Source: Magnetococcales bacterium WMHbinv6 (GTDB lineage: Bacteria; Pseudomonadota; Magnetococcia; Magnetococcales; Magnetaquicoccaceae). From it: a stretch of DNA of 24,000 nucleotides. Below, in pieces: positions 8,187 through 15,756 of the stretch; position 1 is the stretch's first letter; each line of letters starts with the position of its first letter. Below the pieces are notes generated by a model. It did not search any database, was not told the DNA's origin, and was given only the letters and a program-made list of their open reading frames with translations. The stretch spans positions 57,718-81,717 of the forward strand of contig PDZV01000002.1 in assembly GCA_002753135.1 (NCBI GenBank), in the 5' to 3' direction. The translations under genes were made by a program, and so were the position numbers.

Positions 8187-8531
8187 CTAGTCACTCCCCG
8201 ACAGCGGTTGCTCCGGCACCACCTCTTGCAGCCAGGCCGCATAGGCTGGCAGCACTGCCACCACCGGTGTGGCTAAAATTTCCGGCACCTCATACGGGTG
8301 CAGCTGCTGGATTCGTTGCTCCAGCCGGGCATACAGCGTTTGGCGGGTTTTCAGCAACAGCGTCCACTCCTCCTCATCCTGTATTGCCCCCTGCCAACGG
8401 TAGAGAGAACGTCCGCCCGGCAGCAGATGGGCGCAGGCAACATACTGTTCCTCCAGCAACTGCCGAGCCAATTGCACCGCTGCTTGCTGCCCTGGCAAGG
8501 TGGTCCAGACCAGGATGATCTCTGCTTTCAT
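8187..8531 (-). CDS. cutA: Divalent-cation tolerance protein CutA
   Basis: 114-aa ORF with CutA1 signatures (ILVWTTLP..., YVACAHLLPGGRSLYRWQGAIQDEEEWTLLLKT, HPYEVPEILATPV...YAAWL). Confidence 0.88.
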   Translation of the reverse strand: MKAEIILVWTTLPGQQAAVQLARQLLEEQYVACAHLLPGGRSLYRWQGAIQDEEEWTLLLKTRQTLYARLEQRIQQLHPYEVPEILATPVVAVLPAYAAWLQEVVPEQPLSGSD

Positions 8532-8541
8532 CGGATATCAC

Positions 8542-9126
8542 CTATGGTTTTGCCGTTGCTTTGCCCAAATGGGGAGCGACCAACTCCTGCAGGCTGGCCT
8601 CTGTCACGCCTCCCATGCGCGAGGCAACCACTTTGCCTTGTCGATCGAGCAGTTTGCTCACCGGCAAACCGAACACTCCGCCCAACTCTTTGGCCAACTG
8701 GTTTAATTTATTCGCCTCGCCATACAAGACCGGATAGCGGACCTCCTGCCGGTCAAGAAAAGATTTCAACTGCTCCGGGGTCGAGGGATCCATGTAGGTC
8801 ACCCCAACGACCATGACCCCTTTGTCGGCACTGTTTTCGTGAAAACGGCTCAACTCCGGCAACTCCTCCAAACAGGGGGGACACCAGGTTGCCCAAAAAT
8901 TGACCAGGACCACTTTGCCGCGCAAGTCGGCCAAACGCAGTTTTTTGCCATCCACCGTGTTGAAAAGCAACTCCATCGCCGCAGAACCCTCTCCAGCCTG
9001 CGCTGACGAAAAGCCCAGCAGACACAATCCGAGTACAATCAACCAGTAACAACCCGCTTTGCGCCACACCACAAACCTCTGCCCATGCGATGGATTTTCT
9101 GCCATTCTTATTCTCCCTTTACTCAC
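8542..9126 (-). CDS. Membrane-anchored or periplasmic thioredoxin-fold thiol:disulfide oxidoreductase (TlpA/ResA/DsbE-like)
   Basis: 194-aa ORF with a signal or anchor segment (CYWLIVLGLCLLGFSSAQA) and the thioredoxin active site VLVNFWATWCPPCLEELPEL. The alternative start at 9105 (MAENPSH...) is possible. Confidence 0.85.
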   Translation of the reverse strand: MSKGRIRMAENPSHGQRFVVWRKAGCYWLIVLGLCLLGFSSAQAGEGSAAMELLFNTVDGKKLRLADLRGKVVLVNFWATWCPPCLEELPELSRFHENSADKGVMVVGVTYMDPSTPEQLKSFLDRQEVRYPVLYGEANKLNQLAKELGGVFGLPVSKLLDRQGKVVASRMGGVTEASLQELVAPHLGKATAKP

Positions 9127-9169
9127 GCCCAGTGCCGCCTTCTCGCGGCAATCCGGTTCATGTTGCAGT

Positions 9170-10561
9170 ATGCCACTTGAAAGGTCAACAGGTTGGCGTC
9201 ATCATGCACCACTTACCGTTTTTTGCCTGATCTGTCTGGAAAACGATACGCCCGTGCCTGACACCCCTTCCCGCCCCCTCTCTCCTGAACTGGCCGCCTG
9301 CCCGCATTGCGATGCCCTGCATCAACGGCAGCCTCTGGCACGGGGGCAGGTTGCGCTCTGCAGTCGCTGTGCCACCCCCCTGTATGAGAGTCGATCGTAT
9401 GCGCCTCTCTTGCCGATGGTCTTCGTGTTGACCGGCCTGTTGCTCTTTGTCATCGCCAACAGCTATCCCCTGCACTATTTGGAATTGGCCGGCAGAGTGC
9501 AGGCAAGCACCCTGCTGGATGGTGTCGTCGCCCTGTGGCAGAGCGACCTCTGGTTGATGGCCCTGCTGGTGCTGTTGACCAGCCTGCTGGCACCGCTGTG
9601 GGTTTTGCTTGCCCTTCTCTATCTGCTCTGGCCCGTATGGCAACGGCAACCTCCTCCACCCGCTGCGGCCAGCATTGTCCGCACCCTCTCCCTGCTCACC
9701 CCCTGGAGCATGAGCGGGGTCTATACTTTGGGGCTGGTGATCGCCATCGTCAAGCTGCGCGATCTGGCAAGCGTCATGCCAGGCATTGGTTTATACACCT
9801 ATTTTGCCTTTTTGTTGGCCTCCATCGCTGCCCAAATCACCGTCGATGCGGCGCTTAAACGGCGCCTGCTCACCCTCGACACACGCCAAGCGGGGGGGCA
9901 AAGAGCAGCCGGCGTGGCGCACCAGCCTGCGCTTGCCCTGCCGCCGACGGCACGCGAGGCCGGTTTGGGGCTCTGCGCCTGTTGCAACCTGCTGGTGCGC
10001 ATGCCGGTAGCGACCAAAGCAGCTCTCGCCTGCCCGCAGTGCGGAAGCCTGCTGCACAGCCGCAAACCGGCCAGCCTGAGTCAAACCTGGGCCCTGCTGC
10101 TGACCGCCGTCCTGCTCTATCTGCCCGCCAACCTGCTGCCGATCATGACCGTAATCCGCTTCGGCCAGGGTGACCCTGATACCATTTTAAGCGGTATTCA
10201 ACATTTGCTGGAAAACGGTCTGTGGCCGCTGGCTCTGTTGATTTTTTACGCCAGCATCGTCGTGCCGATGATGAAAATTGTGGTGTTGAGCTTTTTGTTG
10301 CTCTCGGTGCAGTGGCGCTCCTCATGGCGGCCAAAAGAGCGTACCACCCTGTATCGGATCATCGAGTCTTTCGGTCATTGGTCGATGGTGGATATCTTTT
10401 TAATCTCCATCTTGACGGCCCTGGTACAATTGGGCACCCTGTCCACCATCGAACCGGGCAGTGGTGCCACCTTTTTCGGTCTGGTGGTGGTGGCCACCAT
10501 GCTGGCAACGCAACGTTTTGACCCGCGCCTGATCTGGGATGCGCTGGAGCAATCACCATGA
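9170..10561 (+). CDS. pqiA: Paraquat-inducible protein A (PqiA), duplicated PqiA-domain inner-membrane protein
   Basis: There are two halves, each with a Cys4 zinc-ribbon-like element (CPHCDALH...CSRCATPLY and CACCNLLV...CPQCGSLLH) followed by multiple TM helices. It ends in an ATGA overlap with pqiB. The track ORF starts at a TTG at 9059, antisense inside the tlpA-like gene. The first ATG in frame is 9170 (MPLERS...), and a later GTG start is also possible. Confidence 0.85.
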   Translation: MPLERSTGWRHHAPLTVFCLICLENDTPVPDTPSRPLSPELAACPHCDALHQRQPLARGQVALCSRCATPLYESRSYAPLLPMVFVLTGLLLFVIANSYPLHYLELAGRVQASTLLDGVVALWQSDLWLMALLVLLTSLLAPLWVLLALLYLLWPVWQRQPPPPAAASIVRTLSLLTPWSMSGVYTLGLVIAIVKLRDLASVMPGIGLYTYFAFLLASIAAQITVDAALKRRLLTLDTRQAGGQRAAGVAHQPALALPPTAREAGLGLCACCNLLVRMPVATKAALACPQCGSLLHSRKPASLSQTWALLLTAVLLYLPANLLPIMTVIRFGQGDPDTILSGIQHLLENGLWPLALLIFYASIVVPMMKIVVLSFLLLSVQWRSSWRPKERTTLYRIIESFGHWSMVDIFLISILTALVQLGTLSTIEPGSGATFFGLVVVATMLATQRFDPRLIWDALEQSP

Positions 10562-12285
10562 CTCACTCTCACACTCCATCGGAACCGCAGCCCACGGTTC
10601 GGCCTGCCGAGGCGCTGGCCGACCTGCCGGTCGCGGTGGTCCATACGCCGCGTGGTCTCTCCTTGATCTGGCTGTTGCCGCTGCTTGCCCTGACCATCGG
10701 TCTCTGGCTGGCCTATAAAACGTTGCTCGAAAAGGGGCCGGATATTGAAATATTTTTCAAAACCGCCGAAGGGCTGGTGGCTGGCAAAACCCGCTGTACC
10801 TTCAAGGCGGTCGAGGTCGGTCAGGTGGAGAGCATCCAGTTGAGCGATGAACCGACCGGAGTGCGCGTCGGTATTCGCATGTTGCGGGCTGCTGAACCCT
10901 ATCTGCGTGAAGAGAGTAAATTTTGGGTGGTACGGCCACGCATGAGTTTGCGCGGGGTCTCCGGCCTGGATACGTTGGTCTCTGGTGCCCATATCGAATT
11001 GGAGCCTGGCCAGGGCCATCCTGCCCGCCGCTTCAAAGGGTTGGAGAGCCCCCCGGTCGTGCGTATGGATGCACCCGGTGGTAAATATATTTTGCAAACC
11101 GAAGCCCTCGGCTCACTGGATAGCGGTTCGCCCCTCTACTATCGGGATATTCCTGCCGGGGAAATTCTAGGCTATACCCTGGCACCCAACAACAAAAGCG
11201 TCTATCTGCATTTATTTGTCCGGGCACCGTACCACCATCTGGTCCAGGAAAATACCCGTTTTTGGCGGGTCAGCGGCGTCGATCTTTCCATCAGCGCCGA
11301 AGGGGTAAAAATCAAGACCGAATCGTTGCAGTCTCTGTTGGCTGGTGGCGTTGCCTTTGATACGCCCGACTCGCTCAGGGAAGGCACCGTCGCCAAAAAT
11401 GATCACACCTTCTGGTTGTACGACGACAAAACAGCCATCACCGAACAGACCTATAGCAAACGAATTGTCTATGTTCTCTATTTCAACGAATCGGTGCGTG
11501 GTTTAAGCAACGGTGCCCCGGTGGAATTTCGTGGCATCAAGGTGGGCAAAGTGACCGACATCGGCATGGAGTATGATCGCCAGAACACCACCTTTCGCAT
11601 TCCGGTGCTGGTGCAGATTGAACCGGAACGGGTCGACGCCCTGCATGCCGGCAAACCGGGTGAAGAGGTGGACAGTGCCGCCTATGACCTGATCGAGGCG
11701 CTGATACAGAAGGGGTTGCGTGCCCAGTTGCAGACCGGCAGCTATTTGACCGGGCAACGGATCATCGAGCTGGATATGCACCCGGAAGTGGCCTTGAAGC
11801 GCAGCGGCATGCCCGGCAAATATCCGGAGATGCCCACCATGCCCGGTTCGATTGGCGAAATCACCGAATCAATCACCCTGTTGTTAAAAACGTTACAATC
11901 CTTGCCGCTGCATGAGATGGCTGATGAGCTGCATGGTACGCTGAAAGGGGCCAATCGCACCATCAACGCCCCGGAACTGCAAGAGACCATCCGGGCCTTG
12001 AAAGGGGTCAGCAGCCAGTTGGAGCAGATGCTTTCACAAATGAACGGCCATCCACCCACCCTGGGCAAGCGGATCAATGAGACAGCCGATGCGGCAGCAC
12101 GGGCTTTGCAGCAGACGGAAAAAACGCTGGCCGGCGTCGAAGGAATGCTCAATCCGGCAGCCCCCTTGCATTATAATCTGCTGGAGGTCACCCGCGAGCT
12201 TTCTTCCACCGCCCGCGCCATCCGCTCGTTTATGGAATTTTTGGAGACCAAGCCGGAATCCCTGCTTTTTGGTAAGGAAAAATAG
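10558..12285 (+). CDS. pqiB: Paraquat-inducible protein B (PqiB), multi-MCE-domain periplasm-spanning protein
   Basis: 575-aa ORF with an N-terminal anchor (LSLIWLLPLLALTIGLWLAY), repeated MCE-type blocks (FKTAEGLVAGKTRCTFKAVEVGQV; YFNESVRGLSNGAPVEFRGIKVGKV) and a long C-terminal helical region. It has a 4-nt overlap with pqiA. Confidence 0.9.
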   Translation: MTHSHTPSEPQPTVRPAEALADLPVAVVHTPRGLSLIWLLPLLALTIGLWLAYKTLLEKGPDIEIFFKTAEGLVAGKTRCTFKAVEVGQVESIQLSDEPTGVRVGIRMLRAAEPYLREESKFWVVRPRMSLRGVSGLDTLVSGAHIELEPGQGHPARRFKGLESPPVVRMDAPGGKYILQTEALGSLDSGSPLYYRDIPAGEILGYTLAPNNKSVYLHLFVRAPYHHLVQENTRFWRVSGVDLSISAEGVKIKTESLQSLLAGGVAFDTPDSLREGTVAKNDHTFWLYDDKTAITEQTYSKRIVYVLYFNESVRGLSNGAPVEFRGIKVGKVTDIGMEYDRQNTTFRIPVLVQIEPERVDALHAGKPGEEVDSAAYDLIEALIQKGLRAQLQTGSYLTGQRIIELDMHPEVALKRSGMPGKYPEMPTMPGSIGEITESITLLLKTLQSLPLHEMADELHGTLKGANRTINAPELQETIRALKGVSSQLEQMLSQMNGHPPTLGKRINETADAAARALQQTEKTLAGVEGMLNPAAPLHYNLLEVTRELSSTARAIRSFMEFLETKPESLLFGKEK

Positions 12286-12289
12286 TTCG

Positions 12290-12892
12290 ATGCGTTACGG
12301 ACTGCTTGTGCTGTTCTCTTTTTTGTTGCACGCCTGTGTTACCGGCTCCCCACCGGTGCGCTATTATTTGCTGACGCCGACCCCTGCTGCCGCCAGCAAA
12401 ACGGCCAGCCCGGCGACAACCCCGGTGCAGCAACCGTTGCTGGTTATCGAACCGGTGGAGCTGCCGCCCTACCTCAACCGGACCCACATTGTCACCCGCA
12501 GCAGCAGCAACCATCTGCAACTGGCACAATTTGAACATTGGGGCGATACGCTGCGCGACAACATCTCCCGCGTCCTGCTGGAAAATCTCTCCAGCCAACT
12601 GGGCAGCAACCGCCTGACCCCCCCCACCACCCTGCAACAGGAAAAACCGGCCTACCGTCTGGCCACCCAGATCAGCCAGTTTGAGCTGGGACCAGAAAAC
12701 CGCGTCACCCTGCAAGCCCGCTGGCGTCTGCTGGACAACCAAAGCGGCAAAACTGTCGTGAGTGAACAAACCCTGCTGCACAGCGACCCCATCAACCCCG
12801 CCAACTACGACGCCATCGCCGCTGCCATGAGCGAACTGTTGCACCTGTGGTGTCAGGAGATGGTGCCAGGCGTTGGTGAATATGTGCGCTGA
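12290..12892 (+). CDS. pqiC: PqiC/YmbA-type auxiliary lipoprotein of the Pqi MCE system
   Basis: The track ORF (12077..12892) overlaps pqiB. The ATG at 12290 lies 5 nt after the pqiB stop and gives MRYGLLVLFSFLLHAC|VTGSPPVRYYLL..., a lipobox followed by the typical YmbA/DUF330-like start. Confidence 0.82.
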   Translation: MRYGLLVLFSFLLHACVTGSPPVRYYLLTPTPAAASKTASPATTPVQQPLLVIEPVELPPYLNRTHIVTRSSSNHLQLAQFEHWGDTLRDNISRVLLENLSSQLGSNRLTPPTTLQQEKPAYRLATQISQFELGPENRVTLQARWRLLDNQSGKTVVSEQTLLHSDPINPANYDAIAAAMSELLHLWCQEMVPGVGEYVR

Positions 12893-13089
12893 ACCGTTGT
12901 ACGGCAATGAACCAGTGCCTCATTTAAGGTGACGGCCAGCGTCTCCAACAATGCGGCACGGGTTGCCTCCTGGCAATTGACACCCGGCATCTCTTCAATC
13001 CAGCCGATCCACCAGCCGTCCGCTTGCTGAATAAGGGCGGTGAAATTATCCGCCTGGTCGACGCCATTGATCGCGATGGTTTCGCTCAT
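12853..13089 (-). CDS. Small HicB-like (UPF0150-type) protein, no HicA partner visible
   Basis: 78-aa ORF. The core FTALIQQADGWWIGWIEEMPGVNCQEATRAALLETLAVTLNEAL matches the short HicB antitoxin-like fold pattern (...PG(C/V)xSQGxTxEEAxxNxxEAL). The start forms an ATGA overlap with the stop of the upstream methyltransferase. The last 40 nt overlap the 3' end of convergent pqiC. Confidence 0.6.
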   Translation of the reverse strand: MSETIAINGVDQADNFTALIQQADGWWIGWIEEMPGVNCQEATRAALLETLAVTLNEALVHCRTTVQRTYSPTPGTIS

Positions 13090-13835
13090 GTCAATCCCCC
13101 CACCCGCAACGCCAGCGGCCAGTTGATTGTGATGGTTCGTTCCGGGTCACCCCAGCAGGCCTGCAGGTGCGGGGTCAGGGCTGTGACCGGATCGTTGCCC
13201 TGTTCCTGCTGATAGCGGCCAACGGCGGACCAGCTGCGCAAATAGCGTAGCAAGTGGGGCAGGTTCCAGGAGAGGCTCATGGCAAATGGTGGCGCGGGGC
13301 GTTGGGCGAAAGGAAAGGGCAGGGTTTGGTAGCCGCTCTCCACGTGGCACCGCTCCGGGGGCCAATAGTCGTGCAGGGCGTGATAAAAGGTTTGCACCTG
13401 GGCGTTGACCGCCGCATCCTCGAGCAGCAGGCGGCCATAACTCCAGACCGCCAGCAGGCCTTGCGGCTTCAAGACCCGTCGCACCTCCTGATAAAAAGGT
13501 TCCAGGGCAAACCAGTGCAGGGCTTGCGCCACCACCACCAGATCGACGGTTGCACCGGGCAGGCCGCTCTGTTCGGCCACGCTTTGCCGATAGGTGATCT
13601 GGGGATGGGCAATGGCCTGGGCAATCTGGGCGGCGCTGCCGTCGGTTGCCCAAACCTGGGTAAAATGATCGGTCAACGCCAACGCGGCCTGGCCGCTGCC
13701 GGTGCCGCAATCCCAGGCCAGAATGCGCTGCGGGCATTGCTCTGCCAGCCAGGCAAACAGGGCGACCGGGTAGGAGGGTCGGCTGGCCACATAATGGTCG
13801 GCAACCGAGGCAAAATGGTCCTGAAATCCGCTCAT
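13086..13835 (-). CDS. Class I SAM-dependent small-molecule methyltransferase (Methyltransf_11; Crg1/TMT1-like family pattern)
   Basis: The ORF runs to 13910, but the likely start is the ATG at 13835 (MSGFQDHFASVADHYVASRPSYP...). SAM motif I is ILAWDCGTGSGQAALALT, followed by VWATDGS..Q and VDLVVVAQALHWF. The C-terminal half (WSYG...YWPPE...) is typical of this family. Confidence 0.8.
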   Translation of the reverse strand: MSGFQDHFASVADHYVASRPSYPVALFAWLAEQCPQRILAWDCGTGSGQAALALTDHFTQVWATDGSAAQIAQAIAHPQITYRQSVAEQSGLPGATVDLVVVAQALHWFALEPFYQEVRRVLKPQGLLAVWSYGRLLLEDAAVNAQVQTFYHALHDYWPPERCHVESGYQTLPFPFAQRPAPPFAMSLSWNLPHLLRYLRSWSAVGRYQQEQGNDPVTALTPHLQACWGDPERTITINWPLALRVGGLT

Positions 13836-13863
13836 ACTCCACATCTCCCCTGCAAAAATATTG

Positions 13864-14760
13864 TCAGGCAATCTGCTCTTTGGCCATGCGCCAGCGCCGC
13901 CGCTCTGCACGCCAGCTGCGCCATAAAATGAGCAATTTTTCGCGCAATGAGAGACGAACCCTCGGCCCGAAACAGAAAAATTCCAGCTGTCGCACCCGCT
14001 GCAAACAGCGGTGGTAAATGGCCCCCATCAACAAGGCGGGCAACAGCGCCTGCCGCTCTTCCGGCAAACGTATCAGAGTGTCCGCCTGCTGGTAGGCCTG
14101 TTCCGCCTCAACCGCCAGGCGGCGCAGCACGGCAGCCAGCGGTGGGCTCCAGCGACCGGCGATAATCTCCTCCTCCGTCACCCCGGCTTCGGCCAACCAG
14201 GCCTGTGGCAAATAGAGGCGGCCCATGCGGGCATCCTCTGCCACATCACGGATAATGTTGGTCAGCTGCAACGCCACCCCTAAACGATCGGCAAACTGTT
14301 TTTCCCGTTCCGGCGACCAGCCCGACAACGGGCGGCCATGGGTGAAAATACGCAGCGCAATCAAGCCGACCGTCACCGCCACCCGGTAACAATAGAGCTG
14401 CAACTCGGCGAGGGTCTGATAGCGACGCGGATACAAATCCATCTCCATGCCGCTCAGAATATCAAAAAAAGGTTCAACCGGCAGGTCAAACAGGGTGCGA
14501 TAATGAGCCAGTTCGACAACAATGGGATGCGTTACCCGCTCGCCAGCAAAGGCCTGCTGTAAACGGTGTCGCCACTCGTGCAAACGGGCAGCGGCCTCGG
14601 CAACCGGCAAACCGCTATCCACCAGGTCATCCACCTCCCGGCAAAAAGCATAGACCGCATACATGGCACCACGGCGGGGCGGTGGCAAAAAGAAAAAGGG
14701 GAGAAAAAAAGAGGAGTGCGCTTCCAGCGTCTTGCGCCGACAGTAGGCAGCCGGAGTCAT
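13864..14760 (-). CDS. hpnD: Presqualene diphosphate synthase HpnD (squalene/phytoene synthase family)
   Basis: The start at ATG 14760 forms an ATGA overlap with the hpnC stop: MTPAAYCRRKTLEAHSSFF...AMYAVYAFCREVDDLVD (first Asp-rich motif). YCYRVAVTVG and LQLTNIIRDVAEDARMGRLYLP (second Asp-rich motif) follow. The track ORF extends to 14808. Confidence 0.85.
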   Translation of the reverse strand: MTPAAYCRRKTLEAHSSFFLPFFFLPPPRRGAMYAVYAFCREVDDLVDSGLPVAEAAARLHEWRHRLQQAFAGERVTHPIVVELAHYRTLFDLPVEPFFDILSGMEMDLYPRRYQTLAELQLYCYRVAVTVGLIALRIFTHGRPLSGWSPEREKQFADRLGVALQLTNIIRDVAEDARMGRLYLPQAWLAEAGVTEEEIIAGRWSPPLAAVLRRLAVEAEQAYQQADTLIRLPEERQALLPALLMGAIYHRCLQRVRQLEFFCFGPRVRLSLREKLLILWRSWRAERRRWRMAKEQIA

Positions 14761-15689
14761 ACCATGACCTGAGCCAACACATTTTTGAAACAAACCGCCC
14801 GATCCCATACCGAAAGGCGCGGTCGCACCCGCAGGGTGTTGCCACCCGATGCCTCAATTTTATTCAGAACCGCCAGACCGCAGGCGCTGATCATCGCCAA
14901 CTCCAGATTGAGAGGCCAGGGTACCTGACGCCATAAGCGATCACCAGACCAGAACATATCGCGAACCTGGGCCGTCAAATGGAGAATCAAACTGCCGACT
15001 GCCGGAGAAAAACGGCGCTTGAGAATCATCTCCTCGCTCACCTCGAAGCGATCCATCTCCTCTTTCGGCAAATACAATGGGCGACCACTCCAGGCATCCT
15101 GACCCAAATCTTGCAGATGGTTGGTCAACTGCAACGCCGTGCAGACCGCATCCGAACAGGCTGCCCGGCAGCTCAACGGCACACCGGAAAGACGTTCCTC
15201 GCGCAACTCCTGCTCCCCGGCCTCGTAGGCCAACTCCCCGGCCAAATGCAGCACGATTCGACCGACCGGATTGGCCGAATAGCGGCAATAGTCCAACAAC
15301 TCCTCCAGCGTATCATAGCGCTTGTTGGTCACATCCATGCGAAAGGCGATCAACAGCTGGTGCAGGGGTTCGCTGGGCAGATCGGTGGTGCGAATCACAT
15401 AGGACAAGGCACGGAAAATCGGATGATCCGGTTGCCCGGCCTCTGCCCGCTCCAGACGGCGGGTCCAATCATCCAGCAACTGCATCCGTGTGGCCTCATC
15501 GCGGCCTGGCAGATCGGCAAAATCATCCGCCGTGCGGGCAAAGGCATAAATGGCATACAGAAACGGGCGCAAACGAGGTGGCACCAACAAAGAGGCCACC
15601 GGAAAATTTTCCTCCCGATTATGGACAATTTCCAGACAATAGCGGAAATCATCCTCCAGTGCTGGCGGAACCAGATTGGCGTTAAACAT
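14757..15689 (-). CDS. hpnC: Hydroxysqualene synthase HpnC (squalene/phytoene synthase family)
   Basis: 310-aa ORF with ENFPVASLLVPPRLRPFLYAIYAFARTADDFADL, DYCRYSANPVGRIVL and ALQLTNHLQDLGQDAWSGRPLYLP. These are the HpnC-type signatures, and the gene lies immediately upstream of hpnD as in hpnCDE loci. Confidence 0.85.
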   Translation of the reverse strand: MFNANLVPPALEDDFRYCLEIVHNREENFPVASLLVPPRLRPFLYAIYAFARTADDFADLPGRDEATRMQLLDDWTRRLERAEAGQPDHPIFRALSYVIRTTDLPSEPLHQLLIAFRMDVTNKRYDTLEELLDYCRYSANPVGRIVLHLAGELAYEAGEQELREERLSGVPLSCRAACSDAVCTALQLTNHLQDLGQDAWSGRPLYLPKEEMDRFEVSEEMILKRRFSPAVGSLILHLTAQVRDMFWSGDRLWRQVPWPLNLELAMISACGLAVLNKIEASGGNTLRVRPRLSVWDRAVCFKNVLAQVMV

Positions 15690-15756
15690 GCGCGTCCTGT
15701 TCTCCGAGGATTGACAGTCAGAGGGGGCAAGGTCGGTTGGCCGGTTGCAACAGAGG

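Noticed and set aside
9059-9169. The 5' extension of the pqiA ORF (TTG at 9059), which overlaps the tlpA-like gene start on the opposite strand
   Set aside because: The extension (MRHTTNLCPCDGFSAILILPLL...) has no PqiA-like features and would leave no promoter space for either divergent gene. The first ATG (9170) or a later GTG is more plausible. The exact start remains unresolved.
14687-14716. 30-nt pure polypurine tract (AAAAAGAAAAAGGGGAGAAAAAAAGAGGAG) with A5 to A7 runs, considered as an H-DNA or slippage (phase-variation) element
   Set aside because: It lies inside hpnD and simply encodes the Phe/Pro-rich segment SSFFLPFFFLPP on the other strand. It is not a mirror repeat, it is not in a promoter or 5' end, and there is no evidence of variability from a single sequence.
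15156-15239. Apparent extra loop in HpnC (ELAYEAGEQELREERLSGVPLSCRAAC) between the YC..ANPVG motif and the second Asp-rich motif
   Set aside because: It is only about 10 residues longer than the equivalent loop in the adjacent HpnD and in CrtM as I remember them. That is within normal family variation, and I cannot quantify it without an alignment.
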